Numbered from the stretch's first letter, positions 29,678 through 42,100 are shown. The stretch: DNA of 64,000 nucleotides from Meiothermus sp. (GCA_033762915.1 JANRLD010000115.1:64001-128000); one strand, 5' to 3'. Program-made: numbers and translations. The notes: generated by a model not told the origin, from the sequence alone.

Positions 29678-31507
29678 ATGGCTGCCGGCGTTCCCGATAC
29701 CCCCAACCTGAGCGCCCGCGTATTGCTCTCCGACCTCGCCGCCACCACCCGGCTGGTCTGGGAGAGCAGCCCCTGGCAGACCTCGGTGATCGTGCTGACC
29801 TCGGTGCTGCAGGCGTTCATCCCAGCGGCCACGCTTTGGGTGAGCAAGCTGCTGGTAGACGACGTGGCGCTGGCCGTGCAGGGGCGGTTGGGGGGCGGCT
29901 TCCAGACACTGGTGGGGCTGCTGGCGCTGCAGGTGGGCATCGGGGTGGCGGGGACGATCCTCTCCACCCTGCAAAACGCCTCCAGAGACCTGCTGGGCGA
30001 CACCCTGCAAAACCGGATTCACCGCAAGATTCTGGAGAAGGCGGCCAGCCTCGAGCTGTCCCACTACGAGAGCCCCAAAACCTACGACGCCATGCTGAAC
30101 GCCCAGCGCGAGGTAGGGAGCCGCCCGCTGGGCACTTTTACCCAGGTCCTGACGCTACTTCAGGCCGTTATCACGCTGGGCTCCATCGGGGCCTTGATGG
30201 CGCGGCTGGGCTTCTGGGTGATGCCGCTGGTGCTGTTGGCGACCATCCCCGGCGTATGGGTACAGACCCGCTACGGCTTCGAGAACTACCGGATGCTGCG
30301 CCGCCGTGCGCCAGATGCCCGGATGCAAAACTACCTGGCTAACGTCCTGATGACCGACGCGGCGGTGAAGGAAGTTCGCATTTTCGGCTTTGAGGGCTAC
30401 GTGCTACGGCGCTGGCAGGAGGTGTACCAGAAGTTCCGGGCGCAGCTGGTACCCCAAATCTATGCGCGTAGCGGTTGGGGCTTACTGGCCTCGCTGGCCT
30501 CGGCAGGGCTGATAGCCCTGGCCACCGCACAGGTGCTGGCCAGGGCTGCCGCCGGGCGGATCACCGTGGGCGATTTCGCACTGTTCGTGCAGGGCATTGC
30601 GACGATTCAGGGCACCTTCTCCGGGCTGCTCTCGGGCTTCTCGGGGATTTACCAGAACCTGCTGTACATGCGCAACCTGTTCGAGTTTCTGGAATTAGAG
30701 GCCAGGGACCTCTCCGCCGGGCGGCAGTGGGAGGGCCCCATCGAGGCCATCGAGTTTCAGAACGTCAGCTTCCGCTACCCCGGCGGCTCCAAGGACGTGT
30801 TATCGGGCGTGAGCTTCAAGATTCGCAAGGGCCAGGCGCTGGCCCTGGTGGGCGAGAACGGTGCGGGCAAGACCACCTTGGTCAAGCTCCTGACCCAGCT
30901 CTACGCGCCCAGCGGCGGGCGGATTCTGCTGAACGGCCAGGACGCCGCACTGTTCAGCCCGCGCAGCGTCCAGCAGGCCATGAGCGTGATTTTTCAGGAC
31001 TATGGGCAGTACGAGCTGACTGTGCGGGAAAACCTGGCCCTGAGCGATATCGCGGCCCAGCAGGACGACCCGCGCCTGGGGGCCGCTGCGAGAAAGTCCC
31101 AGGCCGACGAGGTGCTGGCCGAACTGCCCAAGGGGGCCGACACCCAGTTGGGGCGCTACTGGGACTTCGGGCGCAAGCTCTCGGGCGGGCAGTGGCAGAG
31201 GCTGGCGCTGGGGCGGCTCTACTTCAGGGACGCCTCGGTCTTGATCTTCGACGAGCCCACTGCGGCCCTGGACGCCCAGGCCGAGTTCGAGGTGATCGAA
31301 AACCTACGGCAGCAGGCCAAAGACCGCATCACCGTGCTGATCTCGCACCGCTTCTCGACGGTGCGGCTGGCCGACCAGATTGTGGTACTCGAGGGCGGCC
31401 TGGTGGCCGAGCAGGGCTCGCACGAGGAGTTGCTGAAGCTGGATGGAATCTACGCGACGCTGTTCAGGTTGCAGGCCAGGGGTTATCAGGAGCGGGGGAT
31501 CGAGTAG
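29678..31507 (+). CDS. ABC exporter, fused permease/ATP-binding protein
   Basis: N-terminal TM domain; GENGAGKT, LSGGQWQR, IFDEPTAALD, ISHRFSTV. Confidence 0.92.
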   Translation: MAAGVPDTPNLSARVLLSDLAATTRLVWESSPWQTSVIVLTSVLQAFIPAATLWVSKLLVDDVALAVQGRLGGGFQTLVGLLALQVGIGVAGTILSTLQNASRDLLGDTLQNRIHRKILEKAASLELSHYESPKTYDAMLNAQREVGSRPLGTFTQVLTLLQAVITLGSIGALMARLGFWVMPLVLLATIPGVWVQTRYGFENYRMLRRRAPDARMQNYLANVLMTDAAVKEVRIFGFEGYVLRRWQEVYQKFRAQLVPQIYARSGWGLLASLASAGLIALATAQVLARAAAGRITVGDFALFVQGIATIQGTFSGLLSGFSGIYQNLLYMRNLFEFLELEARDLSAGRQWEGPIEAIEFQNVSFRYPGGSKDVLSGVSFKIRKGQALALVGENGAGKTTLVKLLTQLYAPSGGRILLNGQDAALFSPRSVQQAMSVIFQDYGQYELTVRENLALSDIAAQQDDPRLGAAARKSQADEVLAELPKGADTQLGRYWDFGRKLSGGQWQRLALGRLYFRDASVLIFDEPTAALDAQAEFEVIENLRQQAKDRITVLISHRFSTVRLADQIVVLEGGLVAEQGSHEELLKLDGIYATLFRLQARGYQERGIE

Positions 31508-31515
31508 ATCAACGA

Positions 31516-31884
31516 TCAACGCTTGAAGAACGGCGGCTCGGTGTCGAGTTGCAGCGGCGCCGGAGCGCGGTCGGGCAGGTGCAGCACCCTCGAGACCGGG
31601 ATGAAGCGGAAGCGGGGCTGATGGAGTTGGTTGTTCTCGAGCAGGTACGGATTGCCCAGCACGACCTGCTGACGCTCCGGGAAATAGCGCCAGCGGCCCT
31701 CGTGGCGGAGGGTTCGCCCGCCGGCGAGTTGGACGGTCTGGCGGTAGGTCTGGTTGGGAAGTAGCTCGAGGCGAATCTCTCCCAGGCTCGATCGCTGGTC
31801 GTAGGTGCCCACTACCGCCCGCTCGGGCACCGCCACCCCGCAGGCGGCGAGGAGCAGCAAGACACATAGCCAGGGCGGTTTCAC
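31516..31884 (-). CDS. Small lipoprotein
   Basis: GTG 31884 gives MKPPWLCVLLLLAA-C lipobox. Confidence 0.65.
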   Translation of the reverse strand: MKPPWLCVLLLLAACGVAVPERAVVGTYDQRSSLGEIRLELLPNQTYRQTVQLAGGRTLRHEGRWRYFPERQQVVLGNPYLLENNQLHQPRFRFIPVSRVLHLPDRAPAPLQLDTEPPFFKR

Positions 31885-32108
31885 ACTGGCCGTAGTGTAG
31901 GTGGAGGCGGGGGGCTTGAGGTTCGCGGGGGTGACAGTTGGCTCGAGGGATGACGTTACGCCGACTGATTTCGAGGGCAAGTTTTGGCTGCACGGCCGTG
32001 TATCCCTACGGTTGTGTTGGGTTGGACTGTGGGATGGTTTGTGTTTGGGTTGCCTTTGCTGATTTTCGCTGCCCCTTGCTGCCTCCCGCTTCCCGCCTAC
32101 CGCTGACC

Positions 32109-33767
32109 TCAACGCATCAACTGGTTAATCACGCCCTGGAATATCTGCGCCCGGCGCTCCACGCTCAGGCTGCCCAGGTCACCGCTGACAAAGCTGGCGC
32201 GGCCCCGGCCCATCTCGCTGGCCTCGTTGATGGGCTTCTGGCCCTCGTTATTCGTAATCATCATCAGCCGCCCGCCGCCTTCCACCCAGCCGCGCAGCAT
32301 CTTGCGGTGGGCGTCGGGCCAGTTGTCGGTCCAGTTGGTCGGCAGCACCCAGATCACCAGGTTGAAGTCGTCGATCTTGTCCAGGCCGGGCCGAGCATCG
32401 GGCTTGATCTGCATGACCTCGGTGCGGAAGCCCAGGCGCTCGAGGGCCATCCTGGCCCCGTCTGCGCCGCTGGTCTCGACCACCAGCAGGGCCGACCGGC
32501 CGTTGGGGCGAGGTTGGTTGGCCTGAGGCGGCTGGGGCTGCGGCTGGGGCTGCGGGTTATTGGCCTGATCGCGCCCGCGAATCGCCGCCGCGGCCTCGGT
32601 CAGCCGAATGACGCCGCGCCCCGTGCCCGCGCCCAGCGCCTGGGCCGAGCCCAGCAGAGCCTGACGCACCTGGCTGGCGTTGGCTTGGCCGTTCGACATC
32701 AGCAGCGCGGCGCTGCCTGCCGTGACGGCAGTAGCGACCGAAGTCCCGCTCATGGCCATATAACGCCCGCCGGGAATCGCCGAGAGCACGTTGACGCCGG
32801 GGGCCACCAGGTCGGGCTTGGATAGCGTGGTGTTGTACGGCTCGCCCCAGCGCACCTCGCCCCGGCTGCTGAAACCCGCCAGCCCGTTCTGCTCGTTGAC
32901 CGCCCCCACGCCCAACACATCGGGCATGTTGCCGGGAGATGCGGTAGCCCCGCCGGAGTTGCCGATGGCGAATATGGGCAGCACCCCCATCTGCTTCATG
33001 CGCTCGACCAGCGGGGCAAACTCCGTCCAGGTGCCCTCGAGGCCCAGCGACATCGAGACGATCTGCACGTTCTGCTCGAGCACCCAGTCGATCCCGCCCA
33101 GCACCTGGGCCAGCGTCCCAAAACCTTCCGGCAGCACCAGCGCCGAGACCAGCCGGGCGTCCGGGGCCATGCCCACGCCGCTGCCGACCAGCAGGGCGGC
33201 GGTGTGGGTGCCGTGCTGGGCCGAGTCGTAGGGCTCGGCGGCGCGGGGGTGCCCGCCTGCGTCAATCACCGCGAAGGCCGCGACCTTGCCGCGCAGTTCG
33301 GGGTGGGAGGCGTCCAGGCCTGTGTCAAGGTGGCCGATGCGCACGCCCTGGCCGCGCATCCCGGCACCCCAGAGCTGCCTGGCCCCGGTGGCATCCAGGG
33401 CCCAGTTGGTGCCGCCGCTGGTGGGCACCGACATCGCCGAGAGCACCGGCTGGGCCATGCGCACGGGGCGGTTGGCGTAGACCCGGCGCACCCCCGGAAG
33501 GTTGACCAAGCGTCCCACCTGGGCCTCGGGCAGGCGCACCAGGAAACTCTGGCTGGCCCAGTAGCCCTCGCGGATCTGCACCTTGAGTCGGCCCTGCATC
33601 TGCCCCAGATGGCGCTGGAGGAGTTGCATGAGCTGCTGGCGCGACTGGCCCGGGGGGAGCTGCGGCCCGTCCAGCTCGACAATCACCTCGACGATGCCCG
33701 GCTGCGCCGCCGCGAGGGAGGAGAAAGGGATCAACAACGCCAAGAACAGCAAGGCCAAGCGTTTCAT
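32109..33767 (-). CDS. Secreted S8 subtilisin-like serine protease with propeptide and C-terminal extension
   Basis: Signal peptide; triad motifs HLDTG, HGTHTA, GTSVA; AIGNSG; PQ-rich linker. Confidence 0.9.
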   Translation of the reverse strand: MKRLALLFLALLIPFSSLAAAQPGIVEVIVELDGPQLPPGQSRQQLMQLLQRHLGQMQGRLKVQIREGYWASQSFLVRLPEAQVGRLVNLPGVRRVYANRPVRMAQPVLSAMSVPTSGGTNWALDATGARQLWGAGMRGQGVRIGHLDTGLDASHPELRGKVAAFAVIDAGGHPRAAEPYDSAQHGTHTAALLVGSGVGMAPDARLVSALVLPEGFGTLAQVLGGIDWVLEQNVQIVSMSLGLEGTWTEFAPLVERMKQMGVLPIFAIGNSGGATASPGNMPDVLGVGAVNEQNGLAGFSSRGEVRWGEPYNTTLSKPDLVAPGVNVLSAIPGGRYMAMSGTSVATAVTAGSAALLMSNGQANASQVRQALLGSAQALGAGTGRGVIRLTEAAAAIRGRDQANNPQPQPQPQPPQANQPRPNGRSALLVVETSGADGARMALERLGFRTEVMQIKPDARPGLDKIDDFNLVIWVLPTNWTDNWPDAHRKMLRGWVEGGGRLMMITNNEGQKPINEASEMGRGRASFVSGDLGSLSVERRAQIFQGVINQLMR

Positions 33768-33849
33768 GTCCTCAAGTTAAGCCTCGAGCCGGACCGTCGC
33801 TTGAGCGAGGACTAAAGGTTTCTTGGGGAACGGGGTTTAGGAATAGTTT

Positions 33850-33970
33850 AAGTGTCGGCACGGTAGAAGTGCGAAATGCCCTCCCAATACACCCCAAGGG
33901 AATTGCGCCAGGAACGGAGCTGCTGCGTCCGCCGCTTTCGCAAATCTACCCTGGCGCAACAGTGCGCCAT
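33850..33970 (+). repeat. About 120-nt structured repeat (pseudoknot-type pairing), copy 2
   Basis: TGCGAAA (33870) pairs with TTTCGCA (33936); TTGCGCCAGG (33903) pairs with CCTGGCGCAA (33950); homologous to 3191-3314. Confidence 0.75.
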
Positions 33971-33988
33971 AATGCATCTGCGAAATCA

Positions 33989-34235
33989 GAGAGCGGTTCC
34001 CACGAACACTCGGTATGGCGGTTTTTACCGTACCGAGTGCACTACTCCGCTGATTCTGTTGGCGAACTCCAAATCTGGGCGATAAAGCGAGGATTGAGAT
34101 ACCGATGAAGACACGACTTCTCGAGTTGCACCCCGGCTTCGCCAACAGAATCTCCGCTTTAGCGCACGCTTTAGCGCACGCTTTAGCGCACGCTTTAGCG
34201 CAGCACCGTGGGCGGAGTAGTGGTGGGAAACGCGA
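33989..34235 (+). repeat. Three-stem intergenic repeat, subtype A, carrying a MITE and (GCTTTAGCGCAC)x4
   Basis: GAGAGCGGTTCCCACGAACACTCGGTA...GTGGGAAACGCG; matches copies at about 42.0, 57.6 and 58.9 kb. Confidence 0.85.
34052..34152. mobile_element. 101-bp MITE with perfect 15-bp terminal inverted repeats and a 6-bp target duplication
   Basis: GATTCTGTTGGCGAA...TTCGCCAACAGAATC flanked by TCCGCT at 34046-34051 and 34153-34158; the 57.6-kb repeat copy shows the empty site. Confidence 0.85.
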
Positions 34236-34333
34236 AGAGGGGACAAACGTGACGTTCCCAGCGCAACTCACTGGGGGCGATTCGGAGCGGCCTCTCATCA
34301 ACCCTTGCAACACCTGGCAACGCTAGCCCATCG

Positions 34334-34732
34334 CTATTCCGCCGGAATCACCGCCGTCGCCTCGATCTCGACCTTGGCCCTGGCCTCGAGCAGCCCCGCC
34401 ACCACCACCACCGCCATCACCGGGTAGTTGCGGCCCATCAGCTCGCGGTAGACCCGGCCGAGTTCGGCGAGGGAGTCCAGGTAGGCTTGCCGGTCGGTGA
34501 CGTACCAGGTCAGGCGGACGACATGCTCGGGCTTTGCCCCCGCCTCGGCGAGGGTCTGAAGGATGTTTTGCAGGGCTTGACGCACCTGGCCCACAAACTC
34601 ATCGGTCTCGAACTCGCCCTGCGCGTTCCAGCCGATCATACCGGCGGTGAAGACCAGCGTGCCCTTGGCGGCGATGCCGTTGGCATAACCCCTGGGCTTG
34701 ACCCAGTGCGGAGGCTGCAGAACTTGTCTCAA
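34334..34732 (-). CDS. RidA/YjgF family protein
   Basis: PRGYANG, FTAGMIGW, EHVVRLTWY, KVEIEATA; start probably TTG 34732. Confidence 0.88.
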   Translation of the reverse strand: MRQVLQPPHWVKPRGYANGIAAKGTLVFTAGMIGWNAQGEFETDEFVGQVRQALQNILQTLAEAGAKPEHVVRLTWYVTDRQAYLDSLAELGRVYRELMGRNYPVMAVVVVAGLLEARAKVEIEATAVIPAE

Positions 34733-34895
34733 CCAATACCCCCTGACCCCAAACCCCCCGACACTGCCGGCCTCTCGAGTAACTTTCTCCACCGCCCCCC
34801 GCCCTCGGCGCCCCGCCCGCAGGGGGGCCGACAGGCGCGGGACGGACCACCCAATTGCCGCGCTACTCGGCGGCTCGAGGGTCTGCCGGTTGGGC

Positions 34896-36512
34896 TCATC
34901 CCCCCACCTTGCCTTCCTGCCGCAGCACGAAGCGCTGGAGCTTGCCGGTCTGGGTGCGGGGGAGGGTCTGGAGGAACTCCACGCGCCGCGGGTATTTGTA
35001 GGGCGCGATAGCCCCCTTCACGAAGTCCTGAAGCTCCTTCGTGAGGGCCTCACCCGGCGCGAAGCCTGGGCGCAGCACCACGAACGCCGAGACCAACTGC
35101 CCCCGCTCGGGGTCGGGCAGGCCCACCACCGCGCACTCGGCGACCGCCGGGTGGAGCATCAGCGCGTCCTCGACCTCCGGCCCGGCGATGTTGTAGCCCG
35201 AGGAGATGATCATGTCGTCGGTGCGGGCCTGGTAGTGGAAGTAGCCGTCCTCGTCCATCAAATAGGCGTCACCCGTGAAGTTCCAGCCGCCCTGCACGTA
35301 CTTGAGCTGGCGCTCGTCGGCCAGGTAGCGGCAGCCGGTCGGGCCGCGCACGGCCAGCCGGCCGACCTGCCCGGCAGGCAGCGGGCTGCCCTCCTCGTCC
35401 ACCACCCGGGCCTCGAATCCTGGAACGGGTTTGCCGGTCGCGCCGGGCCTGGCCTCACCCGGGAGGTGCGCGATGAAGATGTGCAGCATCTCGGTGGCCC
35501 CGATACCGTCCATCAGCTCGAGGCCGGTGGCCCCCTGCCACAGCTGGCGCGTCGAGGCGGGCAGGGCCTCTCCGGCCGAGACGCAGCGCCGAAGGGAGCC
35601 AAGGTCGAAGTCGGGAACCCGCGCCGACATCGCGCGGTAGGCGGTGGGAGAGGTGAAGACTACACTGGCCTTGAACTGCTGGATGGCCGGGAGGAGTTCG
35701 CCGGGGCCGGCCTTCTCGAGCAGCACCGTCGAGGCCCCCACCCGCAACGGGAACAGCACCAGCCCGCCCAGCCCGAAGGTGAAGGCCAAAGGAGGGCTGC
35801 CCACAAAGACGTCGTCGGGCCTTGGCTGGAGGACGTGTTTGGAAAAGGTGTCACAGACCGCCAGCACATCGCGGTGGAAGTGGATACAGCCCTTGGGCTT
35901 GCCGGTGGTGCCAGAGGTGAAGGCGATCAGGCAAGGGTCGGTAGCAGCGGTCTCCACGGTGGCGAACTCGGCGGGCTTGGCCTCGAGGTCGGCCTCGAGG
36001 GTACCCCCCGACCCCCAGTACCTCACCTGCCTCACTGTGGGGCAGCCGGGCAGGGCGTTGTTCAGCTCCTCGGCCAGCCGCGCATCGACCAGCGCGTGCG
36101 AGACCTCGGCCTTGCTGATGATCTCGGTCAGCTCCTTGGCCCTCAACAGCGGCATGGTCGCCACCGCCACCCCGCCCGCCTTCATCACCGCGAACCAGGC
36201 CGCCACCAGCATGGGGTTGTTGGCCGAGCGCAGCAGCACCCGGTTGCCGGGTATCAGGCCCAGGTCTTCGGTGAGGACTCGAGCGATTCGGTTGGCCTTT
36301 TGCAGCAGGTCGCCATAGGTCCACCGCACCTCGGGCGACTGCACGCACAGCCGATCGGGGTGCCGCTCGGCCATTTTATCCAGCAGCTCGGCGGCGCAGT
36401 TCAGGCGCTCTGGGTAGTGCAGCTCGGGCAGGGTGAAGATCAGCTCGGGCCACTCCGAGAGGGGCGGCAGGTGCTCGAGGGTGAAGCGGTCTTGGTGTGC
36501 GGTGTAACTCAC
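34896..36512 (-). CDS. abmG: 2-aminobenzoate-CoA ligase (benzoate-CoA ligase family)
   Basis: YTAHQDRF...LNCAAELLD, FTSGTTGKPKG, DGIGATEMLHIF; cluster context. Confidence 0.82.
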   Translation of the reverse strand: MSYTAHQDRFTLEHLPPLSEWPELIFTLPELHYPERLNCAAELLDKMAERHPDRLCVQSPEVRWTYGDLLQKANRIARVLTEDLGLIPGNRVLLRSANNPMLVAAWFAVMKAGGVAVATMPLLRAKELTEIISKAEVSHALVDARLAEELNNALPGCPTVRQVRYWGSGGTLEADLEAKPAEFATVETAATDPCLIAFTSGTTGKPKGCIHFHRDVLAVCDTFSKHVLQPRPDDVFVGSPPLAFTFGLGGLVLFPLRVGASTVLLEKAGPGELLPAIQQFKASVVFTSPTAYRAMSARVPDFDLGSLRRCVSAGEALPASTRQLWQGATGLELMDGIGATEMLHIFIAHLPGEARPGATGKPVPGFEARVVDEEGSPLPAGQVGRLAVRGPTGCRYLADERQLKYVQGGWNFTGDAYLMDEDGYFHYQARTDDMIISSGYNIAGPEVEDALMLHPAVAECAVVGLPDPERGQLVSAFVVLRPGFAPGEALTKELQDFVKGAIAPYKYPRRVEFLQTLPRTQTGKLQRFVLRQEGKVGG

Positions 36513-36539
36513 GGGCTCGACCTCCCGATCTGGCCTGTC

Positions 36540-37733
<1,194 letters not shown>

Positions 37734-37840
37734 AGATGAAAGGGGGTTTTGCGCGAGCGGGGGTTCGGGTCGGGTCGGGGTCACGACCGTGCGACTCCGG
37801 CGGGGTCAGGGTTAATCTTGGGCAAACGCCTCGAGCCATC

Positions 37841-38659
37841 TCAGTTTCCCTCGAAGACGGGCTTCTGCTTGGCCACAAACGCCTCGTAGGCGCGGCGGAA
37901 GTCCTGGGTGGCCATGCAGAGGGCCTGGGCCTGGGCCTCGGCCTCAATGGCCTCGTCGACCCCCATGTTCCACTCCTGGTGCAGCATCCTCTTGGTGATG
38001 CCGTGGGCGAAGGTGGGGCCGGCCGCGAGCTCGAGCGCGAAGGCCTGGGCCGCTCCCAGCACCTCTTCCGGGGCGCACAGCCGGTTGAAAAACCCCCAGC
38101 GTTCGCCCTCCTCCCCGCCCATCATCCGGCCCGTGTAGAGCAGTTCGGAGGCCCTCCCCTGCCCGATGATGCGCGGCAGGATCGCGCAGGCCCCCATGTC
38201 GCATCCGGCCAGCCCGACGCGGCTAAACACAAACCCCACCTTGCTTCGCGCGGTGCCGAAGCGGAGGTCCGAGGCCATGGCCAAGATGGCCCCCGCCCCC
38301 ACGCACACCCCGTCCACCGCCGCCACCACCGGCTGCGGGCAGGCCCGCATGGCCTTCACCACGTCGCCGGTCATGCGGGTGAACTCGAGCAGTTCCGGCA
38401 TCGCCATCCGCGTGAGCGGCCCGATGATCTCATGCACGTCCCCGCCGGAGCTGAAATTCTCACCGGCCCCGCTCAGCACCACGACCTTGACATCCTTCGC
38501 GTACACCAGCGCCCCGAACAGCTCCCGCATCTCCTGGTACGACTCGAAAGTGAGCGGGTTCTTGCGCTCGGGCCGGTTCAGCGTCAGCGTGGCCACGCCG
38601 GACTCGAGCGCCCAGAGAAAGTGCTGTGGTTTGTAGTCGGACAGGGTTAGGGACTTCAT
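37841..38659 (-). CDS. Enoyl-CoA hydratase/isomerase
   Basis: [26 protein letters not shown]. Confidence 0.9.
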   Translation of the reverse strand: MKSLTLSDYKPQHFLWALESGVATLTLNRPERKNPLTFESYQEMRELFGALVYAKDVKVVVLSGAGENFSSGGDVHEIIGPLTRMAMPELLEFTRMTGDVVKAMRACPQPVVAAVDGVCVGAGAILAMASDLRFGTARSKVGFVFSRVGLAGCDMGACAILPRIIGQGRASELLYTGRMMGGEEGERWGFFNRLCAPEEVLGAAQAFALELAAGPTFAHGITKRMLHQEWNMGVDEAIEAEAQAQALCMATQDFRRAYEAFVAKQKPVFEGN

Positions 38660-38717
38660 CGAACCTCACTTCAGGAGCGGCGGTTAGCAGTTAGTAGCTT
38701 CTGGCCCGCGACGTGAC

Positions 38718-39494
38718 CTATCCCATCACCTCGCCGCCCGCCACCGCGATGGCCTGACCCGTGACTGCCGCTGAGCCCGGTTGACACAGCCATACTACCG
38801 CCTGGGCCACCTCCTCGGGGGTCACGAAGCGGCCCTGGGGGTTGGTGCGTAGCAGGTCGCGCCGGGCCTGTTCCTCGCTGCGCCCGGTCTTGCTCACCAC
38901 GTTGCTCAGCGAGTGTTGCAGCATCTCGGTCTCGGTGAAGCCGGGGCAGACCGCGTTGACGGTGACGTTCTTGGCAGCCAGCTCGAGGGCCAGCGCCCGG
39001 GTCAGTCCCACCACCCCGTGCTTGGCCGCCACGTAGGCGCTCACATAGGGGTAGCCGGTCAGTCCGGCGGTGCTGGCGACATTGACGATCCGTCCCCAGC
39101 CGGCCCCCAGCATCGAGGGCAGCGCGGCCTGGGTGACGTGGAAGGTACCGGTGAGGTTGGCCTCGAGCATCCGCTGCCACAGCTCGTGACCGGTCTTAAG
39201 GAAGGGCTGGCTCTCGGCCTGCCCGGCGTTGTTGACCAGGATCGAGACCGGCCCCAGCGCGTCAACCGCCCGCTGAACGGACAGCTTCACCGCCTCGGCT
39301 TGGGTGATGTCGCAGGTCTCGAGGTGAACCTGGGTCTGGAGAAGGGGGGCCGTGGCCGCCAGCCGCGCCCGATCCCGCCCGACCAGGGTCAGGTGGGCGC
39401 CCTCCGCCGCCAGCACCGCCGCTATCGCCGCCCCGATGCCGCGCCCTCCACCGGTCACGAGCGCGTGCAGGCCGCGCAGGTTTCGGGGGGTCAT
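38718..39494 (-). CDS. Short-chain dehydrogenase (3-hydroxyacyl-CoA dehydrogenase-like)
   Basis: [17 protein letters not shown]. Confidence 0.9.
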   Translation of the reverse strand: MTPRNLRGLHALVTGGGRGIGAAIAAVLAAEGAHLTLVGRDRARLAATAPLLQTQVHLETCDITQAEAVKLSVQRAVDALGPVSILVNNAGQAESQPFLKTGHELWQRMLEANLTGTFHVTQAALPSMLGAGWGRIVNVASTAGLTGYPYVSAYVAAKHGVVGLTRALALELAAKNVTVNAVCPGFTETEMLQHSLSNVVSKTGRSEEQARRDLLRTNPQGRFVTPEEVAQAVVWLCQPGSAAVTGQAIAVAGGEVMG

Positions 39495-41818
39495 CGGGCC
39501 GCTGCCTCCTCGGCCAGGCTGGCCTGGGCCCTGGCCAGGTTGCGCTCGAGCTGGGTTTTGCCGGCCAGGTATTGCTTAGGCCAGCCGACCCCGGTGTAGC
39601 CCAGCTTGGCGGCCTGGTTGAGCGTCCAGTGGGGGTCGGCCAGGTGGGGGCGGGCGATGGCGCAGAGGTCGGCCCGGCCCGCCGCGATGATCGAGTTGAC
39701 GTGATCGGCCTCGAAGATGGCCCCCACCGCCATGGTCGCCACCCCAACCTCGTTGCGGATCTGGTCGGCAAACGGGGTCTGGTACATCCGGCCGTAGACC
39801 GGGCGGGCGGCCCGGGTGGTCTGGCCCGACGACACGTCGATCAGGTCGCAGCCGGCGGCCTTGAACAGTCTCGAGATCTCCACCGCGTCTTCGGGGGTGT
39901 TGCCGCCCGGAGCCCAGTCGTGGGCGGAGATGCGCACCGACATGGGCAGGTGATCGGGCCAAACGGCGCGTAGCGCGGCAAAGACCTCCAGCGGATAGCG
40001 CGCCCGGTTCTCCAGCGTCCCGCCGTACTCGTCAGTGCGGAGGTTGGTGAGCGGGCACAGGAAGGCCGAGAGCAAATAGCCGTGAGCGCAGTGCAGCTCG
40101 AGCCAGTCGAAGCCAGCCTCCACTCCCCACCGCGCCGCCCGCTCAAACTCGGCCTTAACCTGCTCCATGTCCTCGCGGGTCATGGCCCGCGGGGTCTGGC
40201 TGGCGGGGCCGTAGGGCAGTGCAGAGGGGGCGATCAGGGGCCAGTTGCCCTCTCTCAGCGGCTCGTTCTCGTCCTCCCAGCCCACCTGGGTCGAGCCCTT
40301 CGGCCCGGCGTGGCCCAGCTGAAGGGCGATCTTGGCGTCGGAGTTCTGGTGGACAAAGCGGACAATTCGGGCGTAGGCCTCGGCATGCTCGGGGGCGTAC
40401 ATCCCGGCGCAGCCAGGGGTAATGCGGGCATCCGGCGACGGGCAGGTCATCTCGGTGAAGAGCAACCCCGCGCCCCCCAAGGCCCTGGCCCCGATGTGGA
40501 CGAGGTGAAACTCGTTTACCGCCCCGCCCCGCGCCGAGTACATCGCCATCGGGGAGAAAACCACCCGGTTTTTCAGCTCGAGACCCCGCAACCGGAAGGG
40601 CGTGAACATCGGCGGGACGGCCCCGGACGACCGGCCGGACTTCTCGGCCAGCCAGCTCTCCACCTCGCGCACGTAGCCCGCGTCGCGCAGCCGCAGATTC
40701 TCGTGCGAGATGCGCTGCGAGCGGGTGAGCAGGCTGTAGGCGAACTGCTCGGGCTCGAGACGGGCGTAGCGCCCCACGTTCTCGAACCACTCGGTGGAGT
40801 TGCGGGCGGCGTTTTGGATCTTTAGTACTTCCACCGAGCGCACCGCCTGGTACGCCTCGAGCACCCCGGGCAGGTCTTCGGGCCGGTCGCCCACCCGGCC
40901 CAGGCAGCGGGCCAGCTCGATGGCGTCCTCGAGGGCCAGCTTGGTGCCGCTCCCGATGGAGAAGTGGGCGGTGTGGGCGGCGTCGCCCATCAGCACAACC
41001 GGCACCACGCCGTTCCAGTGAACCCAGCTCCGGCAGACCACCCGGGGGAACTTAATCCAGATGGCCGAGCCGCGCAGGTGTGCGGCATTGGTGATCAGCC
41101 GGTGGCCACCCAGAACGTCGGCGAACAGCGCTTCGCAGAAGGCGATGCCCTCCTCTTGGGACATGGCCTCGAGGCCAGCGGCCCGCCAGACCGTCTCCGG
41201 GGCCTCGACGATAAAGGTCGAGGTATCGGCGTCGAACTGGTAGGCGTGGGCCTGGAACCAGCCATAGGGGGTCTGGCAGAAGGCGAAGGTGAAGGCGTCG
41301 AACTTCTGTTTGGTGCCCAGCCAGACGAAGCGGCACTTGCGCAGGTCGATATCGGGCTGGAAGGTGGCCGCGTACTTGGTGCGCACCCGGCTGTTGATGC
41401 CGTCACTGGCGATGACCAGGTCGGCCTTGTACTGGCGTGCCAGCGCCTCGTCGTCCTCGACGTTGGCCTCGAAGACCAGCTTTACACCGAGCTCGAGGCA
41501 GCGCTCCTGCAAGATGTTGAGGAGCCGCATCCGCCCGATCCCGATGAAGCCGTGGCCGCTGGAGCGGGTCCGGGTGCCCTTGAAGTGCACCTCAATGTCG
41601 TCCCAGTGGTTGAAGGCGTCGCGAATCTTCTGGTAGCTGGGGAGGTCGGCGGCCTCGAGGTTGCCCAGGGTCTGGTCGGAGAAGACCACCCCCCAGCCGA
41701 AGGTGTCGTGGGGCCGATTACGCTCGAGGACGATCACCTCGTGGGCGGGGTTCTGCTTCTTGGCCAGAAGGGCAAAATACAGCCCCGCCGGCCCTCCTCC
41801 GATGCACACGATCCGCAT
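39491..41818 (-). CDS. abmA: Bifunctional 2-aminobenzoyl-CoA monooxygenase/reductase (salicylyl-CoA 5-hydroxylase family)
   Basis: [41 protein letters not shown] domain fused to an old-yellow-enzyme domain ([10 protein letters not shown]). Confidence 0.88.
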   Translation of the reverse strand: MRIVCIGGGPAGLYFALLAKKQNPAHEVIVLERNRPHDTFGWGVVFSDQTLGNLEAADLPSYQKIRDAFNHWDDIEVHFKGTRTRSSGHGFIGIGRMRLLNILQERCLELGVKLVFEANVEDDEALARQYKADLVIASDGINSRVRTKYAATFQPDIDLRKCRFVWLGTKQKFDAFTFAFCQTPYGWFQAHAYQFDADTSTFIVEAPETVWRAAGLEAMSQEEGIAFCEALFADVLGGHRLITNAAHLRGSAIWIKFPRVVCRSWVHWNGVVPVVLMGDAAHTAHFSIGSGTKLALEDAIELARCLGRVGDRPEDLPGVLEAYQAVRSVEVLKIQNAARNSTEWFENVGRYARLEPEQFAYSLLTRSQRISHENLRLRDAGYVREVESWLAEKSGRSSGAVPPMFTPFRLRGLELKNRVVFSPMAMYSARGGAVNEFHLVHIGARALGGAGLLFTEMTCPSPDARITPGCAGMYAPEHAEAYARIVRFVHQNSDAKIALQLGHAGPKGSTQVGWEDENEPLREGNWPLIAPSALPYGPASQTPRAMTREDMEQVKAEFERAARWGVEAGFDWLELHCAHGYLLSAFLCPLTNLRTDEYGGTLENRARYPLEVFAALRAVWPDHLPMSVRISAHDWAPGGNTPEDAVEISRLFKAAGCDLIDVSSGQTTRAARPVYGRMYQTPFADQIRNEVGVATMAVGAIFEADHVNSIIAAGRADLCAIARPHLADPHWTLNQAAKLGYTGVGWPKQYLAGKTQLERNLARAQASLAEEAAAR

Positions 41819-41983
41819 CTGATTGTTCCCTCCGCAACCAGTCTATACCGTCCGGGTGATTGTTTGAGTGCGGTGGTGTGGGCCGCCGAAACTCAAGGGC
41901 AACCCGCCCGGCCTGCCCCGAACGCCATCAACCGCGCGCTGGCCGGGCCTCGAGGCACGGACGGGCCCAGAGGGGGCACCTCA

Positions 41984-42100
41984 TTGCGTTTCCCGCCCAT
42001 ATTCGGCCCACAATACTGCGCTAAAGCGTGCGCTAAAGCGGAGTATTGCGCTGGGTACAGCAAAAACCGCCGTACCGAGTGTTCGTAAGAACCGCTCTCA
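41984..42100 (-). repeat. Three-stem intergenic repeat, subtype A
   Basis: Reverse complement of the 33989 element; its end overlaps the xylB stop codon. Confidence 0.8.

Noticed and set aside
33850..33970. HDV-like ribozyme
   Set aside because: Helix order is similar but the conserved L3/P1.1 and J4/2 nucleotides are not recognisable.
34156..34203. Direct repeats as a possible CRISPR array
   Set aside because: 12-bp units are contiguous with no spacers, and there are no cas genes in the window.
33837..34313. ORFs with CAKA/ALKR repeats (also near 42.0 and 57.7 kb)
   Set aside because: They are translations of the non-coding repeat element.
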